Source of the DNA: Chrysomallon squamiferum
Lineage: Eukaryota > Animalia > Mollusca
Direction of reading: 5' to 3'
Assembly: GCA_012295275.1 (NCBI GenBank)
Contig: CM022672.1
Coordinates: 8,680,001-8,744,000, forward strand
Length of the DNA: 64,000 nucleotides
Shown here: positions 53,239 to 64,000 of the stretch, in pieces
Numbering within the stretch: position 1 is the stretch's first letter
Layout: every line of letters starts with the position of its first letter
The notes under the pieces: generated by a model
Databases searched by the model: none
Told to the model about the DNA's origin: nothing
The model's input: only the letters and a program-made list of their open reading frames with translations
Position numbers and translations under genes: made by a program

Positions 53239-53677
53239 CTACAGAACAAAATGAAAAACTGTGCACATGAACTAATAATAACAACAAAAACAATACCAAG
53301 AAAAAAAAAAAAAAAACACCACAAAAAAAACACCAAAAACCCCAAACAAACAACAATAAAACAAAACAAAACAAACAACAAAACTAAAAACAATAATAAC
53401 AAAATAACTAAAAACATTTCAGCAACTGAATTTAACATTAAATAAAATAATAATTATAATTATAAAATAAAACAAAAAGCAGTAAGTACTTAAACTTAGT
53501 GGATAAATTTTGCTCATAATCTGACTGCAAATACGAAGACAAAAATAATTTTAGATGACATGAGATGATTTGATGTTTGAATATTATCTGTTATAATAAT
53601 AACGATGATGATAAATAAAAATTAAATTTTCAATGAAATTAAAATAATGGGTGCAATATATTTTATATTCAATAAAA

Positions 53678-53712
<35 letters not shown>

Positions 53713-55430
53713 AAGTGGAAACAAAATCCAAATAATGACACAACAAAAGAAATGGTTTCAAACAGTTGGTAAGTTGATTAAGGATTATTACTTTCATTTA
53801 TATTAAAAGAACCTATGAAGTCCATGACAACAACTGCAAAATGTGGAAAGATATATGTGAAAACTGTCTAGATTTGGATTTAATCAAAACAAAAACTATA
53901 AATACAGTCAAAATATGTTATAAAAATATTGGAATGACAAAAAGGACAAATAAAAAAAAAAACGTACATATATTTTAGAATCATAATTAGAACTGTAAGC
54001 TTAGAACTGATTAATATTAGCCAAAGTCAAATTCAGCTTGATGTAAAGACACATTTTACAAATACAAAACAAAAAAAATCTTCTAATTCACTACTGTAAT
54101 TTCTGCATTTAATTTTGAATGTGATATCCAAAGCGCTGTATATTTTTGAAATTTGTTGGGGCTTTATGTGTAAGTAATGTATGAATTTACCATCCTTTAA
54201 CCGTCTGCTGGTAAGAAAAATAGTCTTTATATATTCATCCATAAATTTATTTTATTCTGATGGTTAAATGTGAATGTGAATTTTTAATATTTATTAGTAA
54301 TATCCTTTTAATAAGGTGTTCGCAGAATGCCCTTTTAATATAGTAAGTATTCTTAGATTCAGACTGTTTTGCTTAGATATGTGCAGCAAAAAATATTGCC
54401 AGGATTTCTATACCTTATTTTCAAGACTAAATCATGTAGTAAATGAATCTATTTCCAACTGTAGCCTTTTTTATACCTTGGACTTTCACTACTGATTAAT
54501 CATTATAATTTACAGTCCAGCACTTTACATCTAAGTAACACCTAGACTGAAACAAAACACATGGCTCTTATAATGTCTTAGCTCTGACCACTACAGTTGA
54601 TATTGCAAATACATGGTCTTCAATAAATGTCAAATCTGTCAAGTGTGTCATATTTTGTTATGAAGAAAACAAGACCTTAACTGTCAAAAGAAAATCTAGA
54701 TTACAGATGATGAATAACTTTTCTGAATTTAATGTACAAGATGCTTCCTTTGGAGAAAATATCTTAATTTTTATATATTTCTTTTTTATTATTATTATTT
54801 TTTTTTAGCCACTCAGACACATGTAATTATTATTTTTTTTTTTTTTAAAAAATATAACAGCAAAGAAAAGAAAAAAGTTCATTAAAAGAAAAGAAGCAGC
54901 TATACTTTTCAAATTTATTTATTCTGGTCACTGGAGTGATATTATTTGTTATTGACACTCTGAGTAATTTTATGTTTATTTTTGCAAATTTTGTCATTGT
55001 TGTCAAGGTTCAGAAGTAAACCTTATTTTAATTGTCTTAAAGCAGATTATGAGGATAAAAAGAAAAGAAAAAGGAAAAAAGAAATAGAGACTAATAGTTA
55101 TCTTTCAGCTAAGTAATTGTGCTTCTCACTGCATTCAGTTCAGTTCTACATTAAATAATTTCTCTTAATACCTAGGGCTTCATACAATATGTACTAATAA
55201 TTGTCATATTCCCAAAATAATTATTAAATTTTATATGAAAACAAAACATCTTGTAGTAAACATTTACCCAGCTCAACCATATCATTAATGTCACCAGTTT
55301 AAGTACACAACAAACAACAAATAAAACAAAACAAACAACAAATAAAACAAAACAAACAAAAATTAATTTAAAAAAAAGAAAGAAATAACATGCAACACCA
55401 AGAGTTGTGTTCTCAACAAGAGTGACCTAC

Positions 55431-55485
55431 CCTTCACAGATTTCAACTGTTCCCCCACCATCTGTTTTGCAATAAAGGCTGCCAT
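55431..55485 (-). CDS. cpx: Complexin (synaphin) first coding exon (MAAFIAKQMVGEQLKSVK-G)
   Basis: N-terminus nearly identical to Drosophila MAAFIAKQMVGNQLSAVKG; context AAGATGG; phase-1 donor AGG|gtaggt. The exon begins at acceptor cctctttcag| before 55575, so further 5'UTR exon(s) lie upstream. Absent from the ORF track. Confidence 0.95.
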
Positions 55486-56024
55486 CTTCCAGTGTAGTAG
55501 ATCTGTGTCCTTAGTGGTGGACTGGTTTTGGGAATGCTCAAAGTTTGCTCACTCTCTACTGTTCACATTGATCAGCTGAAAGAGGAATAATTACTATAAG
55601 CACAGAGATACGGGAATCAATAAAAGCAACTCACAAAACCAGAAACTGGGTGGTGAACTGGTCAAACATCTCGCCACTCTTGGCTCTCACTAGCAACGGT
55701 AAACAGTCAAAATTAATAGCACTTGTACGTCTTACTTCAGGCAGAACTGACATTCAAAATTATTTTGATTTTTTTTTTTTCAAGTGATGGTTATTTTTCA
55801 TCTTGTTTTTTTTTTTTTTTTTTTTCTTTTAAAATAAATTCATGTCATAATGCAGGCAGTAAAATATAAAAAAAACTATAATACAGAATTGTATCTAATA
55901 ATGTAGAATACTAAGCAAAAAAACAACCCAAAACAGACTAAAGAAATTGTGTTGGCACATATTACATACATACTGTTAATTTCTAATTTATATTATCAAT
56001 ATATAAATTAATTTCTAAATTTTA

Positions 56025-56025
56025 A

Positions 56026-56115
<90 letters not shown>

Positions 56116-56118
56116 TAT
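56025..56118. repeat. Compound (GT)(AT)n(AC)n microsatellite
   Basis: Read directly. Confidence 0.95.
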
Positions 56119-58654
56119 AAATATGTCTGTATATTACATATCTATTATTAATTTCTAAGTAGCTAACAGTCATTCAAATTAATAATGATTACATACAGTG
56201 AGAGATAAATTGTCAGATTATAATGATGTAACCGCATTTGCAGAATCTGATATAACCGATATTATCCTCTTTTACTTAGGGTTGAATATTTCATGGATTT
56301 CAACAACTTCATTAGCACAAAAGATTTAATTCTCAATATAAATTTACAAATAACTGTGACTGTTTGTTTATGTGTGAGTGCAGGTGTCCCTATGCATGCA
56401 TGCAAGAGAAACTGTATTTGTACCAAAATTATCTCTCAATGTCAATGCTTGTAGCTATGAGGTTAATAAAAGTAGATTTTATCATCATCTTCATCATCAT
56501 AATCATCATCTTCCTTTTTGTTTTTTTATTATTACTTTATTATTTATTGTTGTTGTTGTTGTTGTTGTTATTATTATTATTACTGATGACTACATCTCAA
56601 TGCAAATCATAAATTAACTCTTTAATATATAAAACTGATCTCCTGTTCATTCAATTTAACATCCACTGATCACAGCTTCCTTCTTCAGATATCATTCCTT
56701 CAAATTTTAAATGAAAGAAAATCTAAGTACACAAAAAACAAAACAATTACATTAACCTTTCTTTACATACAAATAATTTAATTATTCCAAAAATGAATGA
56801 TAAAAAGAAGAAGAAAAATATTATTAATGGCTTTTGTTTTTTGCACATTTATTAGCAGTGTTTTTGTTATGTGTTTATAAATTCTACATTCATCTGATGA
56901 CATAGTTTTTCTTCAACTTGTTTTCTGTGTCCCCTGGCTATCATTAGTAATGATCTGACAGCAGGCTTGGATAATAATAACAACAACATCACGAGACAGA
57001 AGAAGAAGAAGAGGAAAAAAACATACACTCAACATTCCTTTGGCTCTTGTCACTAAATTGCTTATAAATGGCAAACGTGAAACATGAGCAAAGAGTCTGT
57101 AATGCGAGTCCAATCAATCAAACACCACCATTTGCCTGAAGACAATGCAGAAAATAAATAATAATGCTAGTGATTAAAAATATTTGTCAAAATATATCTG
57201 AAACAGGAGACAGATAACATTTGAGGCAGAATCATTTTCTGGCCAAAGAAGCCTTATTATGTGTTGTTTCTGCAACCCACATAAACATCTACTCCAACAT
57301 ATACATGCACACAAACACACACGCACAAACACATGCATGCACGCACGCACACACACACACACACACTTACACACATAAATATAAAGACATATCTTTTTTT
57401 TATAATAATAGTATTATTATTTATTATTTTATTTTGTTTTATTTCTTCTGGAAAATTTGTTGTTCATTGTATAATTATTATTATTTATTGTTGTTGGATC
57501 TTAGATGCTGTGATGATTGTTGATGCTGATTTGTATTTGCTACAGTTCTTGCTCTTGTGGTTGATGTTGCCTTCTCAAACATTTTATATTTTTTCCTCTT
57601 TTAAAAAAAATAAAAAAATAAATAAAATAAAAAATGTGTATTATTAATGTCAAATTCACAAATAATTATGTTAATACTAAAATCCCAGTCATAAGAAGAA
57701 GTATTAAGGATTTATACAGCATTAGCCTCAGGTTTGTGTTAGTACAGCTAGATCTTCTTCTAATAGAACTTAATTATTTCAAATTATTATTGACAGTAAT
57801 CTGATTCAGCAATTACTGGTTATTAAATTTGAAGAACTTGCTTCCAGGCTGACCCTGAACATCAGTTTGTAGAGAGCTATCTTAATATGTACATTTTGTG
57901 TCATTATATAACACTGCACGATTTCAGCCATTTACTACACATTCAGTAGATGAAAGACAGACAGATGACATATAAAAAAACAAAAACAATGATGGGCCAT
58001 GTATTAATGAGAGCAAACCTAAGGGGATATAAATAAACAGCCTGAATACATTTTTGTATACTTCCAAACATTTGTATTATCCCTTGTGTCAAACCAACCT
58101 TTGTTGACAATAAAGTATAAGGATATATTACAACTGCTATTTTCCAACACATTTATGATACAATTTAATGGAAGGGAGGGAAAAAACCCAAAACAAAACA
58201 AAAAAACCCAGGATATACAAATAAAATAAACAGAGTAAAGTGACAAACATACTGGCCATATGGATGTACATATTTTTAAAAATTGTTATCATTATTTATT
58301 TATAATTTATTTATTGTTATTTTTAAACATGAAACAACACATTTCATTATCGGTGTCAAAATGTCATGACTGATCTATCAGAAATAGACTTCTTTTATGT
58401 TTACCATCAGCTTGGGAACAATAATCTGTGTTAAGTATGTATTAAGCATAGCCATTTGTTATTTAAAACTTCTATGACTGTTTGCAGAAAATAAGGAAGA
58501 AGAGTAAAATTAGAATATGAGCTACAGCAGTTCCATGAAAACTGTGATACTTTTCATCAGAAATCATGAAATAAAGTTTCAGTGTGTTAATCTCTAAATA
58601 TAGCAGTAGAAACAAATATTTATTTCAATGTAATTGTGTTGATACTAGAATACA

Positions 58655-58685
<31 letters not shown>

Positions 58686-60914
58686 GAAATAAAGAATGAA
58701 TGCAATACAACAATGAGAATGCATGCAGACTGCAGATTCTTTTTTATTCCTTCTTCATAATATATATATATATATATATATATAATTGTTTCATATTTAC
58801 AAATATATTTCAGACTAGTGTTTTATCACTGAATAACAGACTGATTTGGAATTTTGACAATTAAATTAAAATACTGAAAGCAGAAGGAATATTTTTATTA
58901 TGAATGTCTAATTCACAAATAATTATTTTAATATCTAACTCATCTATTATAAGAAGAGGCTTCAAGAATTTATATAACACTAGCCTTGGGTTTATTTTTG
59001 TACAGCTAAAGAAAACTTATGTTTTGTTTGAACCAGTTTATATATATTGTCTTCAATTATTTTACACATTATTATTGATCAGTATCATTGTTAAAAGTAT
59101 CTACCCAACAGACTTTAGAATGTTAGAATTGTTAGTACTAAAACAGGCCTACATTTGATTTAACAAAAAAAAATTAAAATTAAAGAGAAAAATATATATA
59201 AAAACATTGCAAATACAGTTTGAAATCATGGACAGATTTGCAAGTTAAAACAGTGTGCACCTTAACAAGCAATGATCAAAAAGAAACCATTTAAAAAAAA
59301 AAAAAAAAAAATTAAATTTAAAAACTTTTAACCCATTACCCATATAATAGTAGTCTTACAATATAAAAATTCTGTAAGGGTTCAAAAGTAATTTAACACA
59401 TTTTTTTTTAATTGTAAAATTGTCTAAAAATTAGAATCTGCACATATCAGTGAAAAAAAAAAAAAAAAAAAAAAAATTAGATAGAGAGATCATTCATCCA
59501 AATGGAATTGGTGCCTGGAACCAAATGTAGATGACATTCAAATCATGGCCCAATATTGATTCGTACACTTGACAATTTATTTTGTGGAGGAATTTTTTTC
59601 ATCAAGCATAGAAATGAAATAAACCATTTCTGATTACCATAGCATTAATGCAGCACATATTCATCTTCATGGAGAAGTGCAAATCAAGAGGCAATGTTCC
59701 AACTGCTTTGGCTTGCCTTCATTAACTGATTTGATAAAATGTGTGGCAATTAACTTCTGAATTACCTTATACTCCAGAGAACAGGGGAGAAAAAAAAAAA
59801 ACAGGAAAGAGACTCAGAGAGTAAAAAACAGTATTACTGTAATCTGGAAATATCTGTAACAAATTTACTACAAAATGCCAGTGAGAAAAGAATAGAACTT
59901 TTACAATCCCACTTTTTTAAAATTTAGCAATTTTTTATGTTTTAAATAATCTACAGATATTTGAATGTTTGAAAACACATCAGTTTATTACAACAATAAA
60001 TACAACTGGATCATTATTAATAATACTGAAGGTTAAATCTATTACATTTTTTTAAAAAAGTATTTTTTCTGCATATTGTTCTTTTTGCCCTTTTTTGTAT
60101 TTCCTTGCCTTTTTCCAAATGAAATAACTTATGTCTCACTTTGGTGATCAGCTTAAAAAAAAAAAAAAAAAATAAAGGAAAAAACAAAAAACCCCAAATT
60201 ACAGACAAAAAATAAAAATAAAAAAGAATTAAGAAAAATAATAATAATAAAAAAAGAAAAAGAAATAAAAATAAAAAAAATAAAAATTGAAGAAGAAAAT
60301 ATATGTTTACCATTCCAAAGCATAGTGTCAACATGTTCTACTACAGCTGTTTTTGGTTTTCTTGTGGGGGTTTTGGGTGTTACTTTTCTTTGTGTGTTTG
60401 TTTTTAAATTAATTTAAAAAAATATAATAATAGTAATAAAACAAAAGAAAATACATGAAGAAAAACAGACAAATATTAGTAAATGTAAGTTGCAGGAATA
60501 TAATATAAACACATTTCTTTCACCTCTGCAACACCATTATTTATTCATTTTATTTTATTCTACATTATATTTTTTTTTAAAAACATCAACTGCTCTAAAA
60601 GCCTGAAAATATTTTTACTCATGGATCATTTACCTGAGTAGCTATCAATATAAAAGCATCAATTAATCCATTGATATTGATTGAACATTCTGCAGGATCT
60701 ATGAGCATTTAAAAAAAAAAAAAGAAATGGGCAAAACTGCAGTCCACATAGCACAACACAGCAGAAAATCGTAAGAGGAATCATCTAGGATTATTGACTT
60801 ACTTTGCAACTCATATTTATTTGAAGCAGCTTTAGTGGCCATTATTGATTTCTTGGAATTAAATGTGAACTACACATAAATGCTGAAGAAATAGCTATCT
60901 GAAATGTATCCTTT

Positions 60915-61685
60915 AAATGAGGTAACCAGTCAGAAAATTGTAATGGTCTGCTCTGTGTATCCTGTAGGAGAAATATTTAACCTTTCAGATCACTCTAAAT
61001 ATAAATGTCTACTCTTTATATCATGCAGAAGTAACATTTAACTATTAAACCATTGTAACGATCTATTCTTTAAATCCTGTAGGAGAAATATTTAATCAGT
61101 CAGATCATTATAATAGTCCATTCTATATATTTTAGGAGAAATACTTAACCTGTCAGATCATTATAAATATCAATATCACACAAGAGACATATTTAACCAG
61201 TTAGATGATTACATCTTTCTCTATATATATATCTTGTAGGAAAAATATATAACCAATCTGATAATTATAATGGTCTACTCTACATACATTCTGTAGGAAA
61301 AATATTTAACAGTTCAGATCATTATAAAAATCACATAAGAGAAATATTTAACTATCAGATGATTGTAATGGTCTACTTTTTATATCCTGTAGGAGAAATA
61401 TTTAACCAATCTGATCATTACAATGGACTACTTTGTATGTCCTGTAGGAGAAATATTTAACTATCAGACCATTATAAATATAAATGTCATTGTTTTTATT
61501 ATATAGAAGAGCCGTCTATTCTTTATATTCTGTAGGAAAAATATTTAACCTGTCTGATCATTATAAATATAAATGTCTGCTCTTTATATCATGTAATAGA
61601 AATATTTAACCAATCAGGTGATTATAACTGTCTGCTCTATATAACCTGTAAGAGAGTATTTAGCCAGTCTGATCATTATAATGGT
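60915..61685. repeat. Degenerate minisatellite, ~40-60-bp unit (CCTGTAGGAGAAATATTTAACCAGTCAGATCATTATAATGGTCTACTCT), more than 12 copies
   Basis: tgtaggagaaatatttaac and gatcattata cores repeat throughout. Confidence 0.9.
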
Positions 61686-62662
61686 TCACACGTCAAATAA
61701 TTTAAGAAAAATATTAATTCATCAAATGCGTGAAATGATTAATTCCTTATATACACCTAGTCTTATTTAGTTATTAAGACTTACTAAAGTAATCACTTGA
61801 AATTATCGACCTGCAGAGACAACATACAGATTTCTTCTAGAAAGAAATAAATGTCTACAAATGGAAAAGTAAACACAACTTCACACACACACACACACAC
61901 ATATACACACAGATTTAAAAAAAAAACTGAGAGAGAAAAAGAGAGAATGAAAAAGAGAAAGAAAGACAAAGAGAGAGATTGTTGGTTATATATTTATGAA
62001 CTGCCCTTTATTTGTAATTTATTAATAACTTATAGCAGAAATAAATTGTAGTAATCAAGTAGTAATGGAAGTAGGCTTCCGTTTTTATGAAAGGTGCATT
62101 AAGCCAATATATAATTAATAGGAAAGTGTTGGGAGATGAGAAAATTTCCACTAAGCTGTTTCCTACAATATGAATAATATGTGTATAGACATATTAAAAA
62201 ACAGAGAATATTAACTGTTCTGGACTTTGTTGAAAAAAAGAAAGATAATAAAAAAGATTTATTTATTATTATCTTTCTTTTTTTTTTCTTTTTTTCTAAT
62301 GAAGAAATAACAAAAAAGGCTTAAGAACAAAAGAATGTAAACAAGATAATCTACAAATATAACAGAAAAAAAGAGAATAAAAATCACTGTGCAAATATCA
62401 CAAAAGGTGACATGTTTAAAGATTCATCTTCATTAAACATGTTATTTATTCCCAGTCTGAGAATATTTAATTACCAAATGGTTACTGAAATAAATCAATT
62501 TGTCATACAATCAACAGCTCATTTAATCTTTCACAAGTAGGAAATATCATAGGTTATTACATTAAACTACTTTTCTTCAGATTCTTTTTTTTTTTCTTTT
62601 CTCCATAGAATGTCAAAAGTAATAACAGTAGTAATAATAAACATAAAAATACATTAATGATG

Positions 62663-62716
<54 letters not shown>

Positions 62717-63558
62717 TAATAAAATAAATTATAACAATATAATATAATATAATATAATATAAACTAATATAATATAATATAATATAAATAAGTAAATACA
62801 TAGATAAATAAATAAATAAAATTAATGTATTAAATGATCCAAACATTCAGCATAATTGCTTTTATTTTTATTTTCTTCTTATTATTATTATTATTACTCC
62901 TACTATTATGGTTGTTTTTGTTGTCATTACTATTATTATAACAATTTATTTATTCATTATAATTCTGCAAGGGAAAGTGAAACAGCAATTACAAATTTTC
63001 AAATGATAAGCAAAAAATAAGAATAACTACAAATAATACTCAATAGTTTAAACCACGCTAATGTGCCAAACAACAAAATCAAGGATATTTATTAATAATG
63101 AATCCCTGTATAATTTACAATTTAGTCTTCTCAGATAATCAACACTAAATTCAATAAAACTGCAACAGTACACAGAAGTCGTAGGGCTTTTATCAAAAGC
63201 ACTGGACTGGTATCTGATAATTACGCCAATGCTCAGTTGTCTGCACTTGACTGAATATGGTAAGTAGCTTACACTTGAGAAGTTTTACGTCAGTCAAACA
63301 AAGAATGCTGGAAGCTCAACGTTTGTGACCAGCTTCATGGAAGTACACACTAAAAGTGAATTATGCTATTTGTTCATGATTATTCTGTCATTGATAATTA
63401 GGGAGGGAAAGAGTATCAGATCAGCTTAAAAATAAAAAATATATATAATAAAATAAAAAATTATGAAAATAAAAAATGGATAGAGATACAGACAGACACA
63501 GAGACAGAGAGAAAGATAATTGACAGCGAGACAGAGACAAATAAAAAGTCAGAGAAAG

Positions 63559-63660
<102 letters not shown>

Positions 63661-64000
63661 TAAATATATAGATAATTATAATAATCTACATGACTATAAT
63701 ATAAGAAATCAGCAAACAATGAATCAAGAATTGTGAGCCATCCATCGAAAGCAACCTATCAACAGACCAACCACAAGCAGCAATAATCTAACACCTGCTA
63801 TCTAGTTCAAGATATTAACTTGAGAAAAAAAAAAAAAAGTTTTTTTTACATTTGATGTCAAACAATACATTCCACAGTCCCTCTTGTATTATATGCCATG
63901 ATACTGTCTATGTAGATATGTGACTACCCCAAATCACACTGAGCAGTTTTTTGTCCACAGCCTCGTTTTCATTTCAATTGTTTGTTAATCCTCCTGTAAA

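Noticed and set aside
2151-62846. Numerous poly-I/L/Y/F/N and HT/CV ORFs in the track
   Set aside because: Direct translations of (ATT)n, (TTTA)n, poly-T and (CA)n repeats.

Overview
AT-rich, microsatellite-dense eukaryotic genomic DNA, most likely from a mollusc or other lophotrochozoan (inferred from the complexin sequence and a secreted four-EF-hand protein). Three spliced minus-strand genes can be reconstructed by hand. (1) The large first coding exon (TM1-TM5) of a class A orphan GPCR at 13351-14055; no TM6-7 exon was found in the window. (2) A complete 136-aa secreted EF-hand protein gene, CDS 26231 to 23449, resembling molluscan insoluble-matrix-shell-protein-5-like proteins. (3) Complexin/synaphin, CDS 55485 to 38006, 148 aa, ending in a CAAX box (CVVQ). 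The most interesting signal is a cluster of candidate microexons in the first coding intron of complexin: two frame-preserving 12-nt exons, plus three 7-nt AT..AG exons that restore frame only together. The window also holds a ~1.85-kb non-autonomous TIR element with a 6-bp TSD, a CARD-like ORF remnant, several minisatellites, a CpG-rich/CpG-poor mosaic and a probable assembly artefact at ~19.4-21.9 kb. Almost all other ORF-track entries are translations of simple repeats. All calls are by eye, with no database searches.
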